From the UHGV virus genome UHGV-0074812: 29,386 nt of DNA; one strand, 5' to 3'. Of this stretch, positions 1-9,134 are shown in pieces. Position 1 is the first letter of the stretch; each line of letters begins with the position of its first letter. Source of the stretch: a virus. The notes beneath the pieces were generated by a model, which had not been told where the DNA came from, did not search any database, and saw only the letters and a program-made list of their open reading frames with translations. The position numbers were made by a program, and so were the translations under genes.

Positions 1-616
1 AAAAAAGAGGCTGACCCGGTATTCTCTCAAATAAAAAACGAGCATTTTTAAATCGACTGACATCTGGAAGAGTTGATACTTTAAAAGTAAGCCCTCGCCC
101 ATCTATCTTTTCACCACCTGTTGCAACAGAAAGTAATTCTGATAGAGCTGATGTATCATCATGAACACCATCACCAATAGCCCCCCAACCTCTTACATCA
201 TAACTGTCTCTCCATCTTGCTATCTGAAGTTTTGGGTATTTATTCGCTCCATCTGTGTCTTCTAATTGCTGCCGTAACTGATCAGGATCATACTTCAGCA
301 CATTAGGAAAATAGAACTGCTGCACACCGTACGCATCATAAACAGCCATAGAATGGCCCTGTACAGTAACGAATTTGGCAATCTGTCCGTTATATACCGG
401 ATATCCAGCAGCGTTAATGATGATTGGTTGAGAAACAGGAACGTGAGAGCCATCTTCGTTCTCTACATAAACCTGAATCTGGTTTTCAGGATTTACAGGG
501 TCAGTGTCAATTTTTCCTATATAAATTTTGCCATTGGCTACGGCTTTAAAAGAACGAGCCATAGTGAAGAGTTGCGAAGGCATCGATACGATCACATTGG
601 CTGTAATGTCTGTCAT
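1..616 (-). CDS. Tailspike protein, N-terminal ~205 aa only (gene continues beyond window start); P22 gp9-type head-binding domain followed by a non-P22 receptor-binding domain
   Basis: Reverse translation from ATG at 616 gives [58 protein letters not shown]..., the conserved head-binding domain of P22/Sf6/HK620 tailspikes; GGAG RBS 9 nt upstream; downstream part ([16 protein letters not shown]) looks like start of a beta-helix enzyme domain different from P22 endorhamnosidase. Confidence 0.8.
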   Translation of the reverse strand, partial: MTDITANVIVSMPSQLFTMARSFKAVANGKIYIGKIDTDPVNPENQIQVYVENEDGSHVPVSQPIIINAAGYPVYNGQIAKFVTVQGHSMAVYDAYGVQQFYFPNVLKYDPDQLRQQLEDTDGANKYPKLQIARWRDSYDVRGWGAIGDGVHDDTSALSELLSVATGGEKIDGRGLTFKVSTLPDVSRFKNARFLFERIPGQPLF

Positions 617-672
617 TTAATTTGCTCCAGATACAAGGAATCGCCGCAGCATGGCTACGGTGAATTTTGGGC

Positions 673-696
673 ATAAAAAAACCCAGCCGAAGCTGG
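673..696 (-). terminator. Rho-independent terminator between ant and tailspike (hairpin cccagc-cgaa-gctggg followed by U-run on minus-strand transcript)
   Basis: Perfect 6-bp stem at 681-696 with A7 run at 674-680 on plus strand (= U-run 3' of hairpin on minus strand). Confidence 0.6.
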
Positions 697-716
697 GTCG
701 TTGCGTTGGTTATCTG

Positions 717-1607
717 TCAGTAGTTATGTACTGAAGGAGGTAATTCTTTATTCTTAAGTCTCATCCATGCGGAAAGATTCGTTGGTCCGTCTGGCTCATT
801 GATATCAACATCTCGTGAGTGATTGATTAAAACGTCTCTCGCTATATCGATAATACGGGAGAACTCATAACCGCAGTCATGACATCTGCCGGAATAGTTC
901 GATTGAATTTGTTTCAGCGCCGGATACAGTTCGCGGAATAATGCCTGTGAACGGTTGGCATAATCCCATAGCCATACAAGGCTGTTTGCTTCTTTTGCAG
1001 AAAGCTCGTTTGCTTTCTTCTCTTGTTTGCCGATGAACTCGCCTTCAAGCACTACCCTGTGGATGTACTCTACGGCCAGCGGGATTTGTTCAATTGAAAG
1101 TTCATCAATGCTGTCAATACCAAAACGCTGATGAACCATATTGTATGCATCGTCATAGCGAAGTCCTTTCTTTCCTACCAGCATGTTTACTGCATCGCGT
1201 AGCGGTGTGCGTTCAGCTACTGAAGTTTTACCGCCAATAGTCTTCCTCTCTTGTGTGGCAGTAACCATTGCGTCATATGCACGGATAACCTTCAGCGCAA
1301 ATGCTGCGCTAATCCACATGGCGTAGGAGTAAACAAGCTCCTTGCACACGTAGGTTCCACCATATCGACCTTTCTTAGAAATGACGGGATTCTTATTCTG
1401 CATATCCGCAGAATTAAAAATTTCATTAATCAATTCAATAGTTTCATTTCTACGCATGAAGAAAGCTGGCTGATGTTTTTCCTCCTTTCCAGACGCTACA
1501 TGAAGGTCATTAAGCGAGTAACGCCCCTCTGAATCCATATGAATCTTGACGTCAGAAATGATGATGCTATTAGTGCAATTTACAGTTGACTTTGCTAAGC
1601 TTGACAT
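717..1607 (-). CDS. ant: Antirepressor Ant (KilA-N domain plus ANT/KilAC domain), ~296 aa
   Basis: ORF track 717..1673; likely true start ATG at 1607 (MSSLAKS..., GAGG 10 nt upstream). N-terminal [36 protein letters not shown] resembles KilA-N; position downstream of arc and upstream of tailspike matches P22 immI. Confidence 0.75.
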   Translation of the reverse strand: MSSLAKSTVNCTNSIIISDVKIHMDSEGRYSLNDLHVASGKEEKHQPAFFMRRNETIELINEIFNSADMQNKNPVISKKGRYGGTYVCKELVYSYAMWISAAFALKVIRAYDAMVTATQERKTIGGKTSVAERTPLRDAVNMLVGKKGLRYDDAYNMVHQRFGIDSIDELSIEQIPLAVEYIHRVVLEGEFIGKQEKKANELSAKEANSLVWLWDYANRSQALFRELYPALKQIQSNYSGRCHDCGYEFSRIIDIARDVLINHSRDVDINEPDGPTNLSAWMRLKNKELPPSVHNY

Positions 1608-1619
1608 ATCAATAATACC

Positions 1620-1690
1620 TCGTAAGTTTTGTTGATACCGAAGCCCTGACTGTTCCCGCAGTTGGGGCTTCACTGTTTTTGTAAGTCACT
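1620..1690 (+). ncRNA. Candidate sar-like antisense RNA opposite the ant translation-initiation region (hypothetical)
   Basis: Plus-strand intrinsic terminator (stem gaagccc / gggcttc, 1637-1668, then ctgttttt) lies antisense to the arc-orf73-ant transcript just upstream of the ant RBS; P22 is known to make a ~68-nt sar RNA in the equivalent place. Promoter not confidently identified (weak TTGACA/TTGACT candidates at 1586-1606). Confidence 0.3.
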
Positions 1691-1891
1691 GTAGCTATAA
1701 AGCCACTGACCACTCATTTTTGATTTGATTGACTCTACTGAGTCACGGCAAGGAATGATTCCGCCTGACATCATTCTGATCTCCGTAAATTCACCACTCC
1801 TTATCGATTCAATGCCATCAATGTTAACTAAAGATTTACCTCTACCAAGTGCATTCTCATAGCCAATCTCATCAACCTCAATAAACCTCAT
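1670..1891 (-). CDS. Hypothetical 73-aa protein inserted between arc and ant
   Basis: [47 protein letters not shown]...; ATG overlaps the arc stop (ATGA at 1888-1891), GAGGGG 9 nt upstream; no family recognised. Confidence 0.5.
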   Translation of the reverse strand: MRFIEVDEIGYENALGRGKSLVNIDGIESIRSGEFTEIRMMSGGIIPCRDSVESIKSKMSGQWLYSYSDLQKQ

Positions 1892-2046
1892 ACCGTTATC
1901 CCCTCTCTCTTCAGGCTGTCCAACACTCGCTTGTAAATCTCAGAGTTAACAGATCGCCCGTTCTCTTCAGCTACCTTGCGCACCAAATCCAATACTTCTT
2001 TAGGCCACCGCAAATTGAACTGAGGCATTTTTCTTGCACCTTGCAT
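1888..2046 (-). CDS. arc: Arc repressor (ribbon-helix-helix), 52 aa; not in the ORF track because it is under 60 aa
   Basis: Manual reverse translation: [52 protein letters not shown], near-identical in pattern to P22 Arc (MKGMSKMPQFNLRWPREVLDLVRKVAEENGRSVNSEIYQRV...); GGAG 6 nt upstream of ATG at 2046. Confidence 0.85.
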   Translation of the reverse strand: MQGARKMPQFNLRWPKEVLDLVRKVAEENGRSVNSEIYKRVLDSLKREGITV

Positions 2047-2139
2047 ATTCAACTCCATTTCACTCATTGATAGTACCGTACTACTATTGAAAGCGTACTA
2101 CTACCGTTCTAGCATGTCAACAAATAAAAGGAGAACGAC
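2047..2139. promoter_or_regulatory. Divergent immI control region (Pant/Pmnt with Arc and Mnt operator-like palindromes)
   Basis: Intergenic region between divergent arc (-) and mnt (+); contains palindrome TAGTA-ccg-TACTA and repeated GTACTACTA motifs at about 2070-2106. Confidence 0.5.
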
Positions 2140-2382
2140 GTGGCTAGAAATGATCCACAATTCAACGTAAGAATGCCTGATGAGATAAAACAGCAACTTA
2201 CGCATATTGCTGCAACAAATCGCCGCTCGATAAACGCAGAGATTATTTCAGCTATCGAACTATGGATAAAAATTCATAAAGGGCAGCTAATACCTTCAAG
2301 TAGTCGAATCCTGACAAAGTCTGAGCAAGAGGCGTTTGATGTAGCTATTGATGTGTTAAAACGTGTAAGAGATGGAGGATAA
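2140..2382 (+). CDS. mnt: Mnt-like repressor (Arc/MetJ ribbon-helix-helix family), GTG start
   Basis: MARNDPQFNVRMPDEIKQQL... parallels P22 Mnt N-terminus (MARDDPHFNFRMP...); AAAGGAG RBS upstream of GTG at 2140; divergent from arc as in P22. Confidence 0.8.
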   Translation: MARNDPQFNVRMPDEIKQQLTHIAATNRRSINAEIISAIELWIKIHKGQLIPSSSRILTKSEQEAFDVAIDVLKRVRDGG

Positions 2383-2384
2383 CC

Positions 2385-2618
2385 ATGGAGCAACAACAAG
2401 GGTCGCCATTATCATTGATTATTATGGTGATTTTTTTCGTTTTTATCTTTTTTATACCTGCGTTAAAAATATCCAAAAAGGCCGGTTTTGACTGGAAGAT
2501 GGCTGTATGTTTAACAATCCCTGGCTTTAACGTGGTGGCGTGGCTCGCGCTTGCGTTCATGGATTGGCCAATTCACAAGTATCTACCAAAAGATGTGAAT
2601 CGTAAGGATGCAAAATGA
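2385..2618 (+). CDS. Hypothetical small membrane protein (77 aa, two predicted transmembrane helices)
   Basis: Strong GGAGG RBS 8 nt upstream of ATG; hydrophobic stretches LSLIIMVIFFVFIFFIPAL and VCLTIPGFNVVAWLALAF; immediately downstream of mnt on same strand. Confidence 0.6.
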   Translation: MEQQQGSPLSLIIMVIFFVFIFFIPALKISKKAGFDWKMAVCLTIPGFNVVAWLALAFMDWPIHKYLPKDVNRKDAK

Positions 2619-2824
2619 ATAAAAAACAGCTTATTAAGTCAAAAACGTCAAGCAAGGAAGAATTAGAGAAGGAGCTAAACTCCCTGAAATATGCTCTGTG
2701 TCTGGTTTACTCAAGACTGCCAATGGAAGATAAAAACGCCATTTACAATGAAATGATTAGCAGCCTTGATTTTAACGATAGAGACCTAGCATCCCACCTC
2801 AACAGCTTCCGCGTCCCTGAGTAA
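2615..2824 (+). CDS. Hypothetical 69-aa protein, translationally coupled to upstream membrane protein
   Basis: ATGA start/stop overlap at 2615-2618, AAGGA RBS; no recognisable family. Confidence 0.5.
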   Translation: MNKKQLIKSKTSSKEELEKELNSLKYALCLVYSRLPMEDKNAIYNEMISSLDFNDRDLASHLNSFRVPE

Positions 2825-2984
2825 TTCTGTTGCGGATTTGCTTCTTGCGGTGGTTTAAGCTGGAGAGCTTGGCTTCTGCTTCTGATATTTGCGCATCTAG
2901 ATCTTTAAGCTCAAGATCTGAAAGTCGCTGGTCAAGCAGGGTTTGATTCAACTCAATGTTGTTCAGACGTTCTTCTATGGTCAT
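2799..2984 (-). CDS. Hypothetical 61-aa coiled-coil protein
   Basis: Strong AAGGAG RBS 7 nt upstream of ATG at 2984; heptad-like sequence (LSDLELKDLDAQISEAEAKLSSL); converges on and overlaps the 3' end of the plus-strand ORF by 26 nt, so one of the two may be spurious. Confidence 0.4.
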   Translation of the reverse strand: MTIEERLNNIELNQTLLDQRLSDLELKDLDAQISEAEAKLSSLNHRKKQIRNRITQGRGSC

Positions 2985-2996
2985 GATTACTCCTTA

Positions 2997-3022
2997 TAAA
3001 AAACCCACCTGACGGTGGGTTT
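2997..3022 (-). terminator. Intrinsic terminator hairpin (cccacc-tgac-ggtggg) flanked by A-run and T-run; strongest in the minus direction
   Basis: Perfect stem 3004-3009/3014-3019; on the minus strand the hairpin is followed by UUUUUUUAUAAGGAG, i.e. terminator directly abutting the RBS of the 61-aa ORF. Confidence 0.6.
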
Positions 3023-3319
3023 CATAGTTAGTTTGGGACCGGACTTCTCCATTGAAAAATAAGAGGTTTTTTGAATTTTTCTAGCAAAAATGGATCAACA
3101 AAATCAGCCATATAATTCGTATTTAGAAAACGATCTACATTCCTCACATGCTCACCGATTCCTGCACATCAACGCCAAGTTTTGATGCAGGCGTTGCCAT
3201 TCTGGAAAGTCTCTACAAAACACAATTGTACCGCTCTCAAAGAGCGGAACTAGCATCTTTGGTACTTTTCCAATGTTAACTTTTTTCATGGTATCCTGCG
3301 TAAAACTAAGGAGGTTGGT

Positions 3320-3742
3320 GTGTTTGGTATATTAACGAGAAGCAAGATAAAAAAATTAAGGGCAGAACTCGCCGAAACACAAAAACTGGCTTCACATTTT
3401 TACAAAATGAAATACGACGCTGAAGAGCGTGCATTCGTTGAGTTATGCGATTTATCTATTCGTATGGGAGTAGAGCCAGATGTAGCGGCAAAAACTCAAC
3501 AAGGCATTGATATACTTGCAGATGTTGTTTTAAACAGGCAATATGCGTTTTATCTAAACGAGAAGGCCATTCAGATTTACTCGCAAATCTTCCTCCTGGA
3601 AAAAAGAAGAGGAACTCACGATCGAGAAGAGTGGTTAAATGAAGTTGTTAAAAAATCTGGCTGGGAAGTTGTTTCATCAGAACTACCTCTTATTTGTGCT
3701 GATTTAATCGAAGAGGCAAAAGAGCGCCTATCCGATGGCTAG
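3320..3742 (+). CDS. Hypothetical 140-aa soluble protein in accessory island (GTG start)
   Basis: GGAGG RBS 5 nt upstream of GTG at 3320; preceded by ~300 bp AT-rich non-coding DNA; opposite orientation to flanking late genes; no recognisable family. Confidence 0.65.
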   Translation: MFGILTRSKIKKLRAELAETQKLASHFYKMKYDAEERAFVELCDLSIRMGVEPDVAAKTQQGIDILADVVLNRQYAFYLNEKAIQIYSQIFLLEKRRGTHDREEWLNEVVKKSGWEVVSSELPLICADLIEEAKERLSDG

Positions 3743-3766
3743 ACGAATCCATCCGTGGATTACTAA

Positions 3767-5923
3767 TTACTCCTGTGCCATTCCGCTTAGCGATGCCACA
3801 ATTCCAGCTCTTGCTAAACGCTGGAACTCTTCGTTTCCTAGTGCCTCGCGTATTGCTTTTACGGCGGCCTTATTTGCCATAAATCTGCGTTCCGCCGCCG
3901 CTAATGCACCATCACTTGCCCCAACCTTAACTGCCTTTGTTGCCTCTTGAACAGCCTTTTCAATAGCGTAACGACCACTGCGGGATGCAGCTAACTTTTC
4001 TATCGTCCCTTTAGCTATAGATCCAGAAACAGCCCCTACAACACCGCCAACAATCCCTCCACCAGTAGTACCAACAATAGCCCCTGATGTTGAATTGCCT
4101 ATTGCATTGAGAACTGTCATGACAGCTTTTGGCAGTCCTTGCTCAAGAGAGTTAATTGCCGGTATAGAGCGCCCCGTATGCTCTACATATCGCAGTGGTC
4201 TGGTTGCTGCTCTGGCAAGGTCGCTGTATGCCCTAGCAATCCTACCCATTTCTGGCGAGTGCCTACTAATGGCAGTAATGTTCTGCGGCGTAAGGATCGA
4301 CGCTATATGGAATACGCCAGCAGACTCTGATTTACCGCCACGCACCCCTTGCGATACCGCATCTTGTAATATTGATGCAATTGCAGGAGATCGCTCAGAC
4401 TCTGGCAGCGCGCCAATAATCTGATGAAACTTTCCTGTCCCACTTTTTGATGAATTTTGCAAGGCTTTAATACCATCAGTGACTAACTGATCAGTTGCAA
4501 GGTTTCTAAACGCTGCTTCAGCCTGTTCTTGTGCTGTAAATCTTGCTTTTGACAGATCATTAGCTTTTTGCCAGTCATCAAGAAAACCGCCATTTTGAGC
4601 CATTATGCGCATATCTTCCGTTGCTGCATCACGAAGCTCCGCCATGCGCCTTGCCGTATTTGCCTCACCAGACCTTATATACTTCTGCTCAGCGTCAGAA
4701 AGTTTGCTTCGCCATGCCTTCATGGCATCAAACGTGATTCCTTTTTTACCAGTTTTAGCATAAGCAGATGCAAATTGTTTCATCTCAGGAGTTAGCGGCA
4801 TACCAGCCAAAATATCACCCTGAATTGTAGCGTTCAGGTTTGACATTCTGGCCTTTGCGTCAGGCATCGTGGAGCGGACGCTATCCCATGCTTCCTTTTC
4901 TGAGTTCTTCATTTTATCAATACTTGCTAAAACCCTTTGTTTTATGGCTGCACTTTTTTCTGATGCAGATCCAGCCTCAGCACCAAGTTCATCAAGTGCT
5001 GAGTGGAATTTCGACTGTATTTCACTAAACGCCCTAGTATGTGCATCCTGAACAATTCCTGGTTCGGATGCCAATATCCCTTCGGCTTGTGCAATTCCAC
5101 GACTTCCAGATCGCATTCCTGGTGTTAATGCGTTTATATCAATTCCAGCAGACTCAGCAGCTTTTGCTACATCTTCGGACACATTAGCGGCCTGACTGGC
5201 AATTGACTGACGCCCAGCACCTGACTTTGCCATCCTGGAAACATCATTAGCAGAATTCAGTGCTGCACCACCAAGAGCCTGTGAAACTCTTGGCGCAATA
5301 ACGCGCCCGACACCTGAAAGAACGCCTTGAGCACCAATATTGATACCACCGTTAATGGCAGCATTTTGTGCAAAGTCGCCCTCCTGATTTGCAGCATCAG
5401 CAAGAGAACCGGCAATCATGTTTCCTGCGGAACCGATGTCTCCTGCGAGCTTTGCTGGCGTTCCAGCAGCTTTTGCTGCTGTGCCAATTGGCAGGAGATA
5501 CCCACCAATTGTTTCACCGGCTTGCGCGTAAGGGTCTGTCGGTCGATCGACTGGACGATAGACATCATCCAAAACCTTGGGGCCACCAAGCCCCTGGCTG
5601 ATTGCATTAATCAGACTTGCGCCACCCTGCAATACGTCAAATGGTATGTTTACCAGACCACGACCAGCCTGTTCAGCAATTTGCCCTGCACTTTGACCAC
5701 CTGTGAGCCAATCACCAGCTTGTTGCATCAATGATGGTTCTTCTTTCTGCTGCTGAGGCGGAGGGTATGCTGCATAAAACTGATCTCTTGCTTCAGCCCA
5801 TTTGTCACCAGCCTTAGGGGCAACAACCTCATCAAAATATTGCGCTTGAGCCTGTGCTTTCTGTTCTTCAGTTAACGCCTGATACTGTGGAGAAGCGATA
5901 ACATCTTTCCATGCTTTAGCCAT
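3767..5923 (-). CDS. Ejection/internal virion protein, gp16-like (718 aa)
   Basis: Position last in the gp7-gp20-gp16 ejection-protein block; Ala/Gly/Gln-rich low-complexity sequence typical of these proteins. Confidence 0.7.
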   Translation of the reverse strand: MAKAWKDVIASPQYQALTEEQKAQAQAQYFDEVVAPKAGDKWAEARDQFYAAYPPPQQQKEEPSLMQQAGDWLTGGQSAGQIAEQAGRGLVNIPFDVLQGGASLINAISQGLGGPKVLDDVYRPVDRPTDPYAQAGETIGGYLLPIGTAAKAAGTPAKLAGDIGSAGNMIAGSLADAANQEGDFAQNAAINGGINIGAQGVLSGVGRVIAPRVSQALGGAALNSANDVSRMAKSGAGRQSIASQAANVSEDVAKAAESAGIDINALTPGMRSGSRGIAQAEGILASEPGIVQDAHTRAFSEIQSKFHSALDELGAEAGSASEKSAAIKQRVLASIDKMKNSEKEAWDSVRSTMPDAKARMSNLNATIQGDILAGMPLTPEMKQFASAYAKTGKKGITFDAMKAWRSKLSDAEQKYIRSGEANTARRMAELRDAATEDMRIMAQNGGFLDDWQKANDLSKARFTAQEQAEAAFRNLATDQLVTDGIKALQNSSKSGTGKFHQIIGALPESERSPAIASILQDAVSQGVRGGKSESAGVFHIASILTPQNITAISRHSPEMGRIARAYSDLARAATRPLRYVEHTGRSIPAINSLEQGLPKAVMTVLNAIGNSTSGAIVGTTGGGIVGGVVGAVSGSIAKGTIEKLAASRSGRYAIEKAVQEATKAVKVGASDGALAAAERRFMANKAAVKAIREALGNEEFQRLARAGIVASLSGMAQE

Positions 5924-7272
5924 TAATCACCCCATAAAGACGAGAAACCGGACTTATTGCTGTCGCTTCCTGATTTTCGCTCACTAACATATGTGTCATA
6001 ACCTGATGAACTATATCCCATTGATTCAGCCTCCCTTGCTGCAACCTTTTGAAATACAGAATATTGCGATCGGATTTCAGATAACTGTTTTCTGACGACC
6101 TCTTCAGGCTGTGTTATATCGAGTTTCGCGATCAGGTTTTCCAGTTTTTGGCCTTCAGCATTGGAGAGGCTACCCATACCTCGCATAGTCTGCACGTTCT
6201 GGACAAACGCACCCGACTTTAATTCTTCTATCGCATTACGGTTTGCAAGCCCTTCAGCACTTGTGAAGCCATCTATATTTCTTCCTTCGAAGCGACCGAT
6301 ACCTTCAAGCTCCTTCTTACCAAGCAAAGAATCAATTTTCTCTATCCCTCGCTCACCAGTAATCAACGCATTGTTGTAATTATTGTTGCCATCAAGCCAT
6401 CTCTTAGCCTGAGACATTCTGGCTGACGTTGCAGCTTTACCGGTTAGCGGATCAATTCCCGTCGCTGCTATCTGTGAGTTAAGAGACAAAACATCCATAT
6501 CCTGAAGTTGTCCTGCTCTTTCAAGGGCCGCCTGTGACTGCTTAAACACATACTTGTCGTGATTCAGTCTTGCCATTTGAGCCTTATAGGAAAGATCCTG
6601 CCCCCTAATAGCCCTCGCATTCGTCATGTCATTATTGCGAATGGTTTCGTTAATTCTTTGCTGCTCCTGCTGGCGACCAACCATCTTATCCTGAACAGCA
6701 AACGCCTTTTCTGGTCCAAGCGCACCGAGAGACATAGTAGTCAGCATGTGTGATAGCTGCTCTGGATTCTGAATACCTGTCTGAATCATCCAGTCAGCAT
6801 TCGCGCCAACGCGATTTAACCTATCCTTGTTGTCAGTAATGAATTTACTGTAGGCTTCCGGCCCCTGAGAAAGAGCGACGTTAGCCCTCATGGCTAAATC
6901 GCCCATATCGTTGCGTTGCTGCTCATTAAGACCGGAAAATGCCTGTTGTGCCTGTGCAACAAACGCTGGATTTTCCTGGGCAAACTTAAATAGTCCCGAT
7001 GGATCACCAGAAGCCCATGCATCAGCGTGAACCTTATTGAACGCATTAATCGCTTTCTGTTGCTGTTCCTGCTTATAAATATCAGCAACTCCAGCCAGAC
7101 CACGTAACGCGGTCAGACCAACGTTATTTGCACCTGAGCGAGCCAACTCATTGTTTTCGCGGATCAGACCAAGCGTTGCGTTAATGTCGCTTGCTTTTGG
7201 CGCATTCTCATTTTGCGCACCAATGCCAGCCAGAAAACCACCAGAATTAATACCCTGTTGCCACGTAGCCAT
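5923..7272 (-). CDS. Ejection/internal virion protein, gp20-like (449 aa)
   Basis: Synteny between gp7 and gp16; size close to P22 gp20. Confidence 0.7.
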   Translation of the reverse strand: MATWQQGINSGGFLAGIGAQNENAPKASDINATLGLIRENNELARSGANNVGLTALRGLAGVADIYKQEQQQKAINAFNKVHADAWASGDPSGLFKFAQENPAFVAQAQQAFSGLNEQQRNDMGDLAMRANVALSQGPEAYSKFITDNKDRLNRVGANADWMIQTGIQNPEQLSHMLTTMSLGALGPEKAFAVQDKMVGRQQEQQRINETIRNNDMTNARAIRGQDLSYKAQMARLNHDKYVFKQSQAALERAGQLQDMDVLSLNSQIAATGIDPLTGKAATSARMSQAKRWLDGNNNYNNALITGERGIEKIDSLLGKKELEGIGRFEGRNIDGFTSAEGLANRNAIEELKSGAFVQNVQTMRGMGSLSNAEGQKLENLIAKLDITQPEEVVRKQLSEIRSQYSVFQKVAAREAESMGYSSSGYDTYVSERKSGSDSNKSGFSSLWGD

Positions 7273-7282
7273 TGATTACCCC

Positions 7283-7975
7283 TTAAAACAACGAGCCAAG
7301 CAGACCAAGACCAGCACCGATACCAGCACCCCACGGAGTTGATAGCTCGAGAGCACTGGCTATGCCACCACCCAAAAGCGCACCGGATGCAGCACCACTA
7401 ACCCCCTGCTGCAATGCTGACGGTCGGTTGGCGTTTGCCGCAGCCAGCGCCGCGCTTTGCTGCGAAATCTGACTCATGTTGTTGGCATATGTCTGCCCGG
7501 CGTTTGCCTGACCTTGCAGTGCGCCAAGACCTATGTTTGCCAGATTCTGGTAGTTGTTCATCTGACCAGACAGCCACTGCTGACCAAGCGTTGGTGCGAT
7601 TGTTGCTAACTGATTACCGGTTGCAGTGGAACCCAATCCACCTGTTGCTTCCGCTGCCGCCAGACTCTGATAGCGAGCCTGACCAGCAAGATCTTTGTAC
7701 TGCTGAGAGTTGTAATACTGGTTTAGCGCCTGACCTTGCCCCTCCAGAGACGATAAGTTCTCGAGGCTGCCGACATACTTATCAGCCAGAGGAGTAAACG
7801 GCTTCAGGTTATTCATGATGGTGTTGAACTGCTGATTTTGCAGGTCTGCGGCATACTTCTGAGCTTCTGCTGCATACTTTGCGCTTTTATCAGAGCTGCC
7901 ACCTTTCCCACCTTTTTCAGGGCAATAAGGTTCCTCGCCGCGCAGTTTTCTGCCCAGCTTAAATGCATATAACAT
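7283..7975 (-). CDS. Ejection protein gp7-like (230 aa)
   Basis: Size and position match P22 gp7 (229 aa); Gly/Ala/Gln-rich C-terminus. Confidence 0.75.
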   Translation of the reverse strand: MLYAFKLGRKLRGEEPYCPEKGGKGGSSDKSAKYAAEAQKYAADLQNQQFNTIMNNLKPFTPLADKYVGSLENLSSLEGQGQALNQYYNSQQYKDLAGQARYQSLAAAEATGGLGSTATGNQLATIAPTLGQQWLSGQMNNYQNLANIGLGALQGQANAGQTYANNMSQISQQSAALAAANANRPSALQQGVSGAASGALLGGGIASALELSTPWGAGIGAGLGLLGSLF

Positions 7976-7977
7976 GG

Positions 7978-8433
7978 CTATCTCCCGTGATTCAGGAAGT
8001 CGATTAGTTCTTCGCGTGTGGCGCTGTAAAATGTCACGTCATCCACGCCTTTGAAGTATTTCTTGATGGTTCCTACTCGCTTAAGGCCAATCATTGCGCA
8101 GTACATCTGACCGTGGCGGAATTTGCGTGCGGCGAACGATGTGACGCACTGAACGGTGGTGTTAGTCAGAATGTATCGCCAGAACGCCAGCCCTATTTCC
8201 TTGCTGAAGCCGCGAATCTCTGGCAGGTACATGGCGTGGCAATCGAATGTAAGCGGCTGAATCTCCTGATAGTAAACAATGCCGCCAAACTGACCGTGCA
8301 CGTTCACCTCAAAGTAACGGCAATCAGGTTTGTAGTCGTATCCATCACCGTTGTTGCTCCCGGCGATGATGTCAGGGTGATTTCCTACTGCTTCGATCAG
8401 GTCGATGTTTCGCGTTGGTTTGAATGTAATCAT
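7978..8433 (-). CDS. Tail/virion protein gp14-like (151 aa)
   Basis: Synteny directly downstream of tail needle gene. Confidence 0.7.
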   Translation of the reverse strand: MITFKPTRNIDLIEAVGNHPDIIAGSNNGDGYDYKPDCRYFEVNVHGQFGGIVYYQEIQPLTFDCHAMYLPEIRGFSKEIGLAFWRYILTNTTVQCVTSFAARKFRHGQMYCAMIGLKRVGTIKKYFKGVDDVTFYSATREELIDFLNHGR

Positions 8434-9134
8434 CAGTCAATCAGCCCATGTAATCTAAGTGCTGTTTCAAGCGCCAGAATACGCTGCCGCGCCTGCTCCA
8501 AACCTGTAGCGATAGCTGCGACTTCGGATTGTGTGTACGTAGTGCCGACCGTGTATGACTGGTTAGCGTTGAATGAGCCAAGAAGTGGTGTGCCTGTGGC
8601 CGCTGTCCATCCGGTCTGCCTTGCTCCAACGACCTGAATTCCATCAACTGAATATGATGTTTTTACATCCAGCGGTGACGCAAGAGACTGCGATTCTGTT
8701 ACGGTTTTCGATACGTAATCACTCTTAATGTCAGATATATCGCTTTCTACGCCATCCAGTCTTTGGTCAACAGTGACCAGATGCGCCTGAATATCGATAA
8801 CCTCATCCAGCAAGTAATCAACATCGCTACGCAGTACAACTATCTTCCCTTCGGCGGTTGTTAACCTGACCTCAAGGAGATTTATCGCTTTTGTGTTTGC
8901 GGTGATTCTTGCATCGTGGTCAGCCAGTTCGACATCCTGTTCATCGTTTTTCACCTGAGCATCGTAAGCGCCCTGACCAGCCTGATTTGCTTTCCCGGCA
9001 ATTGCGCCGACATCAGCCCCCTGATTAATGACATACAGCAGGTAAGACTGGCTGAATATATTGCGTGGAAGGATTGATGTATCGAGCCGCGTCGCCTGCA
9101 CAATAACAGGGGTGTTGAGATTCGAATCAGCCAT
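8433..9134 (-). CDS. Tail needle protein gp26-like (233 aa)
   Basis: From ATG at 9134: [36 protein letters not shown]...[13 protein letters not shown], matching the P22 gp26 coiled-coil needle; ORF track start at 9236 is an upstream in-frame extension overlapping gp10. Confidence 0.85.
   Translation of the reverse strand: MADSNLNTPVIVQATRLDTSILPRNIFSQSYLLYVINQGADVGAIAGKANQAGQGAYDAQVKNDEQDVELADHDARITANTKAINLLEVRLTTAEGKIVVLRSDVDYLLDEVIDIQAHLVTVDQRLDGVESDISDIKSDYVSKTVTESQSLASPLDVKTSYSVDGIQVVGARQTGWTAATGTPLLGSFNANQSYTVGTTYTQSEVAAIATGLEQARQRILALETALRLHGLID

Noticed and set aside
353-676. Plus-strand 107-aa ORF
   Set aside because: Lies antisense within the tailspike N-terminal coding region, which has a clear conserved reading frame on the minus strand; no RBS; low-complexity translation.
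1251-1532. Plus-strand 93-aa ORF
   Set aside because: Antisense inside ant; no ribosome-binding site.
4095-5734. Several plus-strand ORFs of 60-135 aa (4095..4424, 4139..4330, 4568..4795, 4840..5051, 5327..5734)
   Set aside because: All antisense within the gp16-like ejection protein gene; Cys/Arg-rich translations typical of wrong-frame reads of GC-rich coding DNA.
8113-8637. Plus-strand 174-aa ORF
   Set aside because: Antisense, spanning the gp14/gp26 genes that have strong syntenic support; no RBS.
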